DNA from: an uncultured Chloroflexia bacterium
GTDB taxonomy: Bacteria; Chloroflexota; Limnocylindria; Limnocylindrales; CSP1-4
Length of the DNA: 64,000 nucleotides
Assembly (NCBI GenBank): GCA_963795645.1
Contig: CAWCIK010000006.1
Location: forward strand, 1,298,259 to 1,362,258
Reading direction: 5' to 3'
The notes below the pieces were generated by a model that saw nothing but the letters and a program-made list of their open reading frames with translations, ran no database searches and was not told the origin of the DNA. Shown piece by piece: positions 48,997 through 57,158 of this stretch. A program made the translations under genes and the position numbers. Each line of letters opens with the position of its first letter. Positions within the stretch are counted from its first letter, which is position 1.

Positions 48997-50012
48997 CAGC
49001 CGGCTGCGACCGGGCCGTCGAGCAGCTCTGCCTGCGGCACGCGCTCGAGTGCCTGGTCTATCTGGCCGCGGCCGGCAATCGACTCGGCCCCGCCGCGGCC
49101 GCTGAGGCTGGCCGCGGCGGACGCGGTCGCGAAGCGGGCCGCGGTCGCGATATCGTCGCCGCGCGAGAGCGCATCGAGAAAGCCGGCGTCGAACGCGTCA
49201 CCGGCGCCGACTGCCTCGCGGACCAGTGCCTCGTCGATGCGCACCGCGGGCTGGCGATAGAGCCGTGTCCCGTCGCTGACGACGGCGCCGGCGCCGCCGA
49301 GCTTGATCGCCACCAGACGCGGCCCTGCCGCGTGGGCGGCCGCGACGAGGGCGGGCAGCGTGTCGGCCTCGAAGAGCATTCTTGCCTCGTGCTCGTCGCA
49401 CAGCAGGACGTCCGACTCGCGGACTACATCGGCGACATGCGGCAGCCATGGCGCGGGCGTATCGATCAGTGGAAACTGCGGATCGATCGAGGTCAGCACA
49501 CCCTTCGCGCGGGCCTGCCGGAAGAGCGCCGCCTGGCCGCGATGCCACATCTCCGGGAAGTGCAGCAAGCCGCCCGAGTGGAGCAGCCCGAGCGGGCGCG
49601 CGCCGGGCTCGTCAGCCCACAGGCCGGGCGGGGGATCCGGCCACGGCTCGAAGCTGGGCATGCGGTAGGTCATCGGGCGCTTTATGCCGCCGAAGAGCAT
49701 CACGTAGATCGCGATCGCGGTCACGCCGTCAGCGTCGGCCAGGTGCCGACAGTCCAGGCCGCGCTGCTCGAGCTCCTGCCGTATGGCGGCACCGAAGGCG
49801 TCCGAGCCGACCGTCGAGCAGACGTCGACGTGCCAGCCAAGCCGGGCGAAGACCTGCACGGTGTAGCCGATCGACCCGGCAACGAGCAGGTCGACATCGG
49901 ACGGGCCGACCCACGCGTTAAGCGGCTCCCGCTCAAGGGGTGCCGTGCCGCGCATGAAGAGGTCCATGTTCAGCGGCCCGATGACGGCCACACGCGGCCG
50001 TGCGTCGCTCAT
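48996..50012 (-). CDS. PfkB family carbohydrate kinase (ribokinase-like)
   Basis: 338 aa from MSDARPRVAVIGP; GAGDAFDAGFL motif. The ORF's N-terminal 263 codons are spurious. Confidence 0.8.
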   Translation of the reverse strand: MSDARPRVAVIGPLNMDLFMRGTAPLEREPLNAWVGPSDVDLLVAGSIGYTVQVFARLGWHVDVCSTVGSDAFGAAIRQELEQRGLDCRHLADADGVTAIAIYVMLFGGIKRPMTYRMPSFEPWPDPPPGLWADEPGARPLGLLHSGGLLHFPEMWHRGQAALFRQARAKGVLTSIDPQFPLIDTPAPWLPHVADVVRESDVLLCDEHEARMLFEADTLPALVAAAHAAGPRLVAIKLGGAGAVVSDGTRLYRQPAVRIDEALVREAVGAGDAFDAGFLDALSRGDDIATAARFATASAAASLSGRGGAESIAGRGQIDQALERVPQAELLDGPVAAG

Positions 50013-50026
50013 AGGTTCGTGATTGC

Positions 50027-51325
50027 TCAGTGCGTCCCGGGCGGGAAGAGCATGTTCCAGACGCGGGCGTGCTTGGGCACGTTCGAGCGCTGCGTATCGG
50101 GGTTGAGACCCAGGCCGACGCCGCAGTAGTAGGGGATGAGCTGGCCGGGCAGGACGGCCAGGACGGTGAACAGCACCTCGTCCTCGATCGGCAGGCGGAC
50201 GACGTAGTCGACGATGTCGGCGATCTTGTCGTCGTTCTGGCTGACGATCGCCACGGCCGGGCTCTTGAGCTGCTCGGTCACGCGGGCGATGTCGTGCAGG
50301 TCGCCATACGAGTCGCCCGGTGGCGCGACGAGCACGGTCAGGATCGATTCCTCGGTCAGGCCCAGCGCGCCGTGGATGTGGCGCCCGGGGTTCATCGACT
50401 TGGCCGGGATATGGCTCATCTCGTCGAACTTGAGCGCGATCTCCTCGGCCGTGCCGAAGTTCGCGCCGGCACCCACGACGAGCACGCTGCGCACGCCGAG
50501 GAACATGTCGGCGATCGTCCGGCAGCGCTTGTCGACAGCATCGAACATCTCGCCCATCAGGCGCGGCGTGTCGAGCAGCTGCGCCTGGAGCTTGTCGAAG
50601 TCGAACTTGCCCGGGTTGCGCAGCTTGCCCAGCTCGAGGGCCAGGTAGATCGCCGCGGCGATTCGAGTGGTGTAGTGGAAGGTGTCCGAGCCGCCGGTGT
50701 CGAAGCCGCCGGCGGTCAGGATGCGCGCGTCGCTGGCCTGCACTACCGGGCTGCCCTCGACGCTGGTGAGCGAGAGGGTGTACGCGCCGCGCTCGCGGCA
50801 CTCGCGCGCCGCGGCGACGGTGTCGACGGTGCTGCCGCTGCCCGAGTAGGCGACGGCGAGCAGCTTGCTGTAGTCGTACGGCGGCGGATAGCGCAGGAAC
50901 GCCTGCGAGTCGTAGTCCCAGCCGGGCACGCCCGCGAAGCGGGCAAAGGCCGCGTTGGCGACCTGGGCCACGAACTGCGAGGTGCCCGAGCCGAGACCCA
51001 CGATGCCCATGAAGTCGCGCTCGGCCAGCGTGCGCGCGACCTGCGCGATCTCGTCGGCGTGCTCGAAGGTCCCGCGCAGCGCCGAGGGCTGGCTCTTGAT
51101 ATCGCCGTACAGGTTGAACGGGTGATGGGTCTGGGCCGGAGTGCCGAGCGCCTTGTACATGATCGGCTCTTCGCCGGTCGCTTCGATCTGCTCGCGGATG
51201 TCGCCGACGATGCCCCAGGTCTTGATGCGCTGGCCGCGTTGCCGGACCTCGTCAAGGTCGACGGGTGCGCCGTCGGCCGATCCAGCGGCGCTCGGGGCCG
51301 TGCCTCGGTCGTGATCCTGTGGCAT
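50027..51325 (-). CDS. Double-SIS-domain sugar-phosphate isomerase/deaminase (AgaS/GlmS-C/FrlB-like)
   Basis: C-terminal 432 codons of the 1245-codon ORF. Own start ATG preceded by AAGGAG with an 8-nt spacer. Two SIS domains (GLGSGTSQFVA... and VVGAGANFGTAEEIALK...). Confidence 0.75.
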   Translation of the reverse strand: MPQDHDRGTAPSAAGSADGAPVDLDEVRQRGQRIKTWGIVGDIREQIEATGEEPIMYKALGTPAQTHHPFNLYGDIKSQPSALRGTFEHADEIAQVARTLAERDFMGIVGLGSGTSQFVAQVANAAFARFAGVPGWDYDSQAFLRYPPPYDYSKLLAVAYSGSGSTVDTVAAARECRERGAYTLSLTSVEGSPVVQASDARILTAGGFDTGGSDTFHYTTRIAAAIYLALELGKLRNPGKFDFDKLQAQLLDTPRLMGEMFDAVDKRCRTIADMFLGVRSVLVVGAGANFGTAEEIALKFDEMSHIPAKSMNPGRHIHGALGLTEESILTVLVAPPGDSYGDLHDIARVTEQLKSPAVAIVSQNDDKIADIVDYVVRLPIEDEVLFTVLAVLPGQLIPYYCGVGLGLNPDTQRSNVPKHARVWNMLFPPGTH

Positions 51326-53248
51326 GTCGTTCAACTCCTTGCGTGGATGCCAGCGCCAACCCGGGTGGTCCGGCCGGCTCCAGCCGCCGCGGGGCGGCTG
51401 GGAGGCCGACCGCGGACCAGGCACAGGTCCGCTGTCTGATGTGCTCGATCGGGATCCGGAAGCCGCGGCGGAGCCCGCGCTGCGCTCGTTCCTTGGCGGC
51501 ATGAGCGGCAGTGCCGGACGTCCGCCCGGTGCGGCGTGCGTCGCGCCATCCGTCGTGGCGGAGGGCACTGCCGGCCGGCCGTTCATGCCGGCGACCGCGC
51601 GGACGGCCTCATCGCGCAACCGGTTGCGCTGGACCTTGCCCGATTCGGTCATCGGGAAGGACTCGACGAAACGCACGTAGCGCGGCACCTCGAACCGGCC
51701 GAGGTGCTCGGCCAGGTGGCGCAGCAGCTCGTCCTCTGTCAGCTGCGCGCCTGCCGCCGGCCGCACGAAGGCGAAGATCTCCTCGCCGTAGTACTCAGAG
51801 GGCACGCCCACGACGTGCATCTCGGCGACCTTGGGGTGGCGCCGGCCGGCCGACTCGACCGCAGCCGGGTCGATGTTCTCGCCGCCGCGGATGATCATGT
51901 CCTTGATCCGTCCGACGATGCGCCAGACGCCGCTCGCGTCGACCGTGGCCAGGTCGCCGGTGTGCAGCCAGCCCTGGCGGTCGATAGCCTGGGCCGTTTC
52001 AGCGGGCATGTCGAAGTAGCCGCGCATGACCATCGAGCCGCGCGTGACCAGCTCGCCGGGCGTGCCGGCTGCGACCGGCTTGCCGGTGGCCGGGTCGATC
52101 GCGCGCACCTCTGCCCCCAGGATCGGCCGCCCGACACTGCCCAGGCGCACGTCCTCGGGATCGTCGATCGAGGTCTGGGTCACGACCGGCGCCGCCTCGG
52201 TCAGGCCGTAGGCAACGACCAGCTGCGGGATGTGCAGCTCGTGCGCCACGCGCCGACCCAGGTCGACCGGCACCGGGGCGCCGGCGATGATGCCCGTGCG
52301 CAGCGAGGACAGGTCCGTTCGCGTCCGCTCGGGGCTCTCGAGCAGGGCGACGAACATCGTCGGCACGCCATAGAGCACCGTGCAGTGCTCGGCGGCGACC
52401 GAGCGCAGCACAGCGTCCGCGTCGAAGACCTCGGACGGCAGCACGATGGCCGCCCCGTAGGTAACCGCCGCGAGCGTGCCCATGACCGCCCCGAAGCAGT
52501 GGTGGAAGGGGACCGGCAGACATACTCTGTCGCCGTTCGAGAGGCGGATGTTGGCGCCGACGGCAGCCGCGTTCTGGAGCATCGCCCGGTGCGTCAACTG
52601 GACGCCCTTGGGGAAACCGGTCGTGCCCGACGTGTACAGGATCATGCTCACATCGTCGGGCTGAGTCCGGCTCGCGGCGCGCGCCAGCTCGGCTTCGCTC
52701 GTGCCTTCGGCCGCGGCCGTGAAATCGGCCCAGCGCATGGCCGCGCCGGGAACGTCGGCGACCTCGGGCAGGGCAACGACGCGGCGCAGCGAGCGCGGCC
52801 CCTCGCCGCGAGCCAGGCGATCGAGGAGCGCGGTGCGCGGCTTGCGGTGAGTGCCGGCGATGAGCATGGCGGCCCCGGAGTTGGCCAGGATCTGCTCGAT
52901 CTCCTCGTCGCCCAGGCCGGCGTTGGCCGTGGCCACGATCACGCCCGCGTACGCCGCGCCGAGCTGCACGAGTGGCCACTCGGGCGCGTTGCGTGCCCAC
53001 ATGACGACCCGCTCACCCGGCGTGACGCCGAGCGCGAGCAGGGCGCGGCCCACCTGCTTGGCCTCGGCGTGGAGCTCGGCATAGTCGAGGCGCCTGCCGC
53101 TCGAGGCATGGACGAGAGCCTGACGCTGGCCGTTGCTGCGTGCTGCCCGATCGAGCAGCGCTCCGATGGTCGCGCTGCGCAGCTGGGGTTGGTGGCCGTT
53201 GCTGCCGGTCGCGGCCCTGCGCGCGAAGCCCGCCGGCGGCGCTGCGAC
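51326..53248 (-). CDS. AMP-forming acyl-CoA synthetase/ligase (FadD-like), reading through without a stop into the SIS gene frame
   Basis: Motifs ILYTSGTTGFPKGV, YGLTE, TGDL, IKDMIIRGGENI, ESGKVQR. Then an 85-aa low-complexity Pro/Ser/Arg tail with no stop codon before the SIS ATG. In another frame a TGA sits inside the SIS SD (AAGGAGTTGAACGACATG), as expected for a natural gene end. Boundaries approximate. Confidence 0.6.
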
Positions 53249-53764
53249 GGCGGCAAAGGCGGGCGTGGCCAGCAATGCGCCGAGCTCGGTCGCCCTGACC
53301 AGCAGGCCGGCCGCACCGCTGCGCAGCATCTGGTCGACCTCAGCGACGCCGGAGGCGGTGCCGATGACCGTCACACCCGGCGTGTCGCGCAGAGCGTCGA
53401 CCAGTGCGGGATCGCGCACGACGAGGGCGGTCGCGCCGCTCTCCACCGCGCGCCGCGCCTCGGCCGCGTTGGCGACCTGGGCCGCGATCGGCGCGCGACC
53501 GCGGCGGACGAGCTCGGTCACGAGCTGGTCTGTTGTCTCTGCCGGGCGATACAGGATGCCGGCACGGACCGGCAGCCGGGCCGCGAGCTGGGCGGGCGCG
53601 ATCTTGCCGTCGCGCTCGTCGATGCGCATGCACAACGTGTCGCCGGGCCGGCCGTAGAGCGGGCTGCTCCCGTTGACGACGATGATCGCGGCGATGCCCG
53701 ACGCGCGCGCGGCATCGAGCCCGGCGCGATCCTCGACCTCGACCCACAGGGCGGGCGTGCTCAT
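53249..53764 (-). CDS. Unknown about 170-aa alpha/beta domain (no confident family), first reading frame after the BMC shell genes; in frame with the ligase with no intervening stop
   Basis: ATG at 53764 overlaps the BMC-T stop (ATGA). Alternating hydrophobic beta-strand and Ala-rich helix pattern (GIAAIIVVNGSSPLYG ... ALVVRDPALVDALRDTPGVTVIGTASGVAEVDQML). Weak resemblance to KDPG-aldolase/OMPDC-like TIM folds, but catalytic Lys not found. Confidence 0.45.
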
Positions 53765-54411
53765 GCCGCGCTCCTGCGCGCGCCGCCGTCACGGCCGCTG
53801 AGCGATGCGAGCGCATCGAGTGCGCGCTCCTGGGCGATGCGCACGCTCGACTCCTCGCCGCTCACGTACAGCCGCCCGAATCGCCCGATGGGCCTGACAT
53901 CGATGATGTCGATATCTGCCGCGCGCTCGGCCTCGTTGGCGGCGAGCAGGATGTACGCCGCCGGCGTGACCTCGAGCACGAGCAGCGTCTCCTGGGGCAC
54001 CAGCAGCGAGCCCTTGCGGAAACGGTTCACCAGCTGGGCCTGGAAGGGCGTCACGTTGGTGATCAGGTTCTGCGACACGACCTGCGGTCGAAGGCGGTCG
54101 CCCTCGCTCAGGCCGATCCGCTCGAGAATGACGCGGCCCGCCTCGGCGACTTCCTGCGGGTCGGTCGCGTGGAGTGAGAGCATGCCGAACTCGCGCTCGA
54201 CGACCTGCGAGCTCGGACGCACGTTGGTCGCCTTGAGCGCCGCGTCGGCGAGCAGGTATATCTCGTTGCCCGGGGCGACCTCGATGAACAGCTGGGCCAT
54301 GCCGACGAGCGGGATGTCGCCATCTGCAACGGTCGCCTCGTAAGCCGCATAGCGCGGCTGCATGCGCGAGACGATGCCGTAGGCACGCAGCTCTCGACCG
54401 GCTCCGGGCAT
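53761..54411 (-). CDS. BMC-T shell protein (tandem/permuted BMC domains, EutL/PduB-like)
   Basis: Two BMC-like repeats (LFIEVAPGNEIYLLADAALKATNV and LLVLEVTPAAYILLAANEAERAADIDIIDV). Paralog of the BMC-T gene at 54707-55333. Start 3 nt after the EutN-like stop. Confidence 0.75.
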   Translation of the reverse strand: MPGAGRELRAYGIVSRMQPRYAAYEATVADGDIPLVGMAQLFIEVAPGNEIYLLADAALKATNVRPSSQVVEREFGMLSLHATDPQEVAEAGRVILERIGLSEGDRLRPQVVSQNLITNVTPFQAQLVNRFRKGSLLVPQETLLVLEVTPAAYILLAANEAERAADIDIIDVRPIGRFGRLYVSGEESSVRIAQERALDALASLSGRDGGARRSAA

Positions 54412-54414
54412 CAC

Positions 54415-54705
54415 TCAGACCTTGGTGTACTTGATCTTGCCGCCCTGGCGGACGGATTCGACGATGGCCACGATCGCGGCGTCGACGGGCACGCCATCGA
54501 TGCCGAGGGAACGTGCGGCCGGCGTGCCGCGCACGACGATGACCAGCTCCCCTTCGCCGGCGCCGACCGAGTCAGCCGCCACGTAGGCCTGGCCGGTGCC
54601 GGAACCATCGGCCGCTGCCTCCTCAACGAGGAGCAGCTTCATTCCTGTCAGCCGCGGCTCCTTGACCGAGGCTACGGCGCTGCCGACAACTCGTGCGAGC
54701 TGCAT
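54415..54705 (-). CDS. BMC vertex protein (BMC-P; EutN/PduN/CcmL family)
   Basis: 96 aa: MQLARVVGSAVASVKEPRLTGMKLLLVEE...GELVIVVRGTPAARSL...AAIVAIVESV is the EutN_CcmL fold signature. Strong SD GGAGGAGG. The ORF's upstream part is spurious. Confidence 0.85.
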   Translation of the reverse strand: MQLARVVGSAVASVKEPRLTGMKLLLVEEAAADGSGTGQAYVAADSVGAGEGELVIVVRGTPAARSLGIDGVPVDAAIVAIVESVRQGGKIKYTKV

Positions 54706-54706
54706 C

Positions 54707-55333
54707 TCAACCTCCTCCCGCGCCAACCGGCGCGACGCTCGATTCGCTGCGCAACGCGTCCACGACGGCGAGTGCCGTCTGCTCCGCAGCTGCGGCGTCC
54801 GCTTCGGTCCCGGCGACGAGCAAGCGTCCGAACAGACCCGTGCCGGCGACGCGCACCAGCTTGATGTCGACCGCCTTCTCGAGCTCGTTGGCCAGCACAT
54901 AGACGTACGCGGCGGGCGTGACCTCCATCACGAAGAGCGCGTCGCCGGGCAGCGTCCAAGCGCCGCGCCGCACCTTGTTGAACAGCTGGCTGTGGTCCGG
55001 AGCGATGTTCGGCAGCAGCTGGGTCGAGACCACTCTCGGCTCCAGCCGGTCGGACATGCGCATGCCGAGCTCGTCGAGGATCGCCTCGGATGCCTCGAGC
55101 ACCACGTCCGGCGCAGGCGCGTGGAGCTCGAGCAATCCGAAGTCACGCTCGATCAGCGTTCCCGCCGACCGAACGTCGCTGGCCTTCATGGCCCGATCCG
55201 TCAACGGGAAAACGGCATTGCTCGGCGAGACCTCGACCAGCAGCTGCGAGTACCCGGCACGGGGCATCGAGCCCTGTGCCATCAGCCCCCAATAGGCCGC
55301 GTACTGCGGACCCATGCGGTCGACATGGGCCAT
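54707..55333 (-). CDS. BMC-T shell protein (tandem/permuted BMC domains, EutL/PduB-like)
   Basis: 208 aa from MAHVDRMGPQYAAYW. Repeats LLVEVSPSNAVFPLTDRAMKASDV and LFVMEVTPAAYVYVLANELEKAVDIKLV. The ORF's long N-terminus is spurious. Confidence 0.78.
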   Translation of the reverse strand: MAHVDRMGPQYAAYWGLMAQGSMPRAGYSQLLVEVSPSNAVFPLTDRAMKASDVRSAGTLIERDFGLLELHAPAPDVVLEASEAILDELGMRMSDRLEPRVVSTQLLPNIAPDHSQLFNKVRRGAWTLPGDALFVMEVTPAAYVYVLANELEKAVDIKLVRVAGTGLFGRLLVAGTEADAAAAEQTALAVVDALRSESSVAPVGAGGG

Positions 55334-55368
55334 CACCCGCAGGCTGGTGCCGCTCGAGGCGGCGATCG

Positions 55369-55665
55369 TCACCCTTCGGCGACCATGATCGACTCGACCG
55401 CGTCGTCGGGCCGGGCGATGACGTGCTGGCTGACGAGCTCGCCGACCTTCTGGGCAGCCATGCCGCCGGCCTCGACCGCGGTCTTCACCGCGCCGACCTC
55501 GCCCTTGACGATGACCGTGACCAGGCCGTCGCCGACGAGCTGGCGCGACATGAGCGTGACCTGGGCCGCCTTGACCATTGCGTCGGCGGCCTCGACCGCG
55601 GCCACCAGGCCACGTGTCTCGATCATGCCGATTGCCGTTCCCGCTCCGCGGGCTGACTCTGCCAT
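55369..55665 (-). CDS. BMC-H shell protein (PduA/EutM/CcmK-like hexamer)
   Basis: IGMIETRGLVAAVEAADAMVKAAQVTLMSRQLVGDGLVTVIVKGEVGAVKTAVEAG is the canonical Pfam BMC (PF00936) sequence; SD AAGGAGG. Confidence 0.9.
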   Translation of the reverse strand: MAESARGAGTAIGMIETRGLVAAVEAADAMVKAAQVTLMSRQLVGDGLVTVIVKGEVGAVKTAVEAGGMAAQKVGELVSQHVIARPDDAVESIMVAEG

Positions 55666-55725
55666 TTCGGTTTCCTCCTTGTCCTTGCCTGAGATTGCCT
55701 TTGATTGACGGGGTGGCTGCTGGGC

Positions 55726-56019
55726 CTAGGGCTCCCTCCCTTCGAAGCGGAAGGCTCGATCGACCTCTTCGAACAGGCGCCCGAAAGTGCGCCCGCCGAT
55801 GAGCGTTCCCAGCCGGGAGGCCACCGCGCTTCCCGCGGCGACGGCCTCGTTGACCGCGGCGATGTCGCCGCGACATACGATCGTCACCAGCCCGTCGCCG
55901 ATAAGCACGGGGCCGGCGAGCCTGACCGGGGCGGACTTGGCCATCACGTCGGCAGCTCCGATCGCCCCGGTCAATCCACGCACCTCGACAAGTCCCACAG
56001 CACTGCCTCCGCCGCTCAC
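55726..56019 (-). CDS. Divergent BMC-H shell protein
   Basis: VGLVEVRGLTGAIGAADVMAKSAPVRLAG...GLVTIVCRGDIAAVNEAV matches the BMC domain core, but the C-terminus diverges. GTG at 56019 overlaps the Fe-ADH stop (GTGA); an internal GTG at 55998 with a GGAGG SD is an alternative start. Confidence 0.8.
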   Translation of the reverse strand: MSGGGSAVGLVEVRGLTGAIGAADVMAKSAPVRLAGPVLIGDGLVTIVCRGDIAAVNEAVAAGSAVASRLGTLIGGRTFGRLFEEVDRAFRFEGREP

Positions 56020-57158
56020 AGGGCGCGCTCGAACAGGCGCACCACGTCCTGCTCGCTCATGGGCCGCGGGTTGGTGGTCATGGTCAGATCAGCCATCGCG
56101 CGCGCGGCCAGATCCGGGATGCGCTCGCGCTCCACCCCAAGTGTGCCCAGGCCCTTGGGCAGCCCGATGCGGTCTCCGAGCCGGCGCAGCAGCGCAGGCA
56201 GGCGACGCGCGGACGCGCCCGGGGCGAGGATGCGCGCGACGCGCGCGTAGCGCTCACGAGCCGCCGGCTCGTTGTACTCGACGACATGGGGCAGCACGAT
56301 CGCGTTGCAGATGCCGTGGGGCAGGTCGTAGACGCCGCCCAGCGCGTGGGCCATGGCGTGCACCGCGCCGACGAGGGCCGAGTTGATCGCCAGCCCGGCG
56401 AGCAGCGCGCCGAGCATCATCGAATCGCGCGCCTCCAGGTCGTCGCCGTCCTCGACGGCCCGCTCCAGTGAGCCCGCGATCAGCTCGACCGCGCGCAGGG
56501 CATAGAGGTCGGTCATGTCCGACGCGAGCGTCGACACGTATGCCTCGATGGCGTGCGTCAGCGCGTCGAGGCCGGAGGCAACGGTCACGTTGCGCGGCAG
56601 TCCGACCGTCAGCAGCGGATCGTTGATCGCCAGGCGGGGCATCAGGTGCCGGTCGGCGATGATCATCTTCAGCTCGCGCGCAGGATCGGTGATGACCGCG
56701 TAGCGGCTCACGTCCGCGCCGCTGCCGGAGGTCGTGTTGACGCAGATCAGGGGCACCGAGCGATGCGCCGAGCGATCGACGCCCTCCAGGTCGCGTATTT
56801 CGCCGCCGTTGGCCGCGACGAGGGCGACGGTCTTGGCGCAGTCGTGCGCGCTGCCGCCGCCGACAGAGACGACGACCGCGACGTCGCGCCCGGCGCCGGC
56901 GTCGAGCGCCTCCTCGACCTGGCCGACGGTCGGATTTGGTTCGACTCGATCGAACACGATCACCTCCACGCCGGCGTCGCCCAGAGTGCGGTCGACGGAG
57001 CGCAGGATGGAGCTCGCGGCCAAACCGCGATCGGTGATGACCAGAGCTGTGCGCCCATAGCCTCGTGCGGCGGGGCCGAGCGTCGACAGCGCGCCGCGGC
57101 CGAAATTGATGCGCGGCGGAAGGTGGATCTCGGCGACGGACGGCATGCTCGCGGTCAT
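56016..57158 (-). CDS. Iron-containing alcohol dehydrogenase (FucO/PduQ/EutG-like)
   Basis: 380 aa; GGGSAHDCAK NAD-binding motif; Fe-ligand histidines (HAMAHALGG...LPHGICNA). Start ATG overlaps the ALDH stop (ATGA). Confidence 0.88.
   Translation of the reverse strand: MTASMPSVAEIHLPPRINFGRGALSTLGPAARGYGRTALVITDRGLAASSILRSVDRTLGDAGVEVIVFDRVEPNPTVGQVEEALDAGAGRDVAVVVSVGGGSAHDCAKTVALVAANGGEIRDLEGVDRSAHRSVPLICVNTTSGSGADVSRYAVITDPARELKMIIADRHLMPRLAINDPLLTVGLPRNVTVASGLDALTHAIEAYVSTLASDMTDLYALRAVELIAGSLERAVEDGDDLEARDSMMLGALLAGLAINSALVGAVHAMAHALGGVYDLPHGICNAIVLPHVVEYNEPAARERYARVARILAPGASARRLPALLRRLGDRIGLPKGLGTLGVERERIPDLAARAMADLTMTTNPRPMSEQDVVRLFERAL

Noticed and set aside
50027-53764. Treating the 1245-aa ORF as one genuine multifunctional protein
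   Set aside because: The internal SD+ATG for the SIS module, a junk-like 85-aa bridge and an out-of-frame TGA inside that SD argue for originally separate genes. Kept as an open question in findings rather than asserted.
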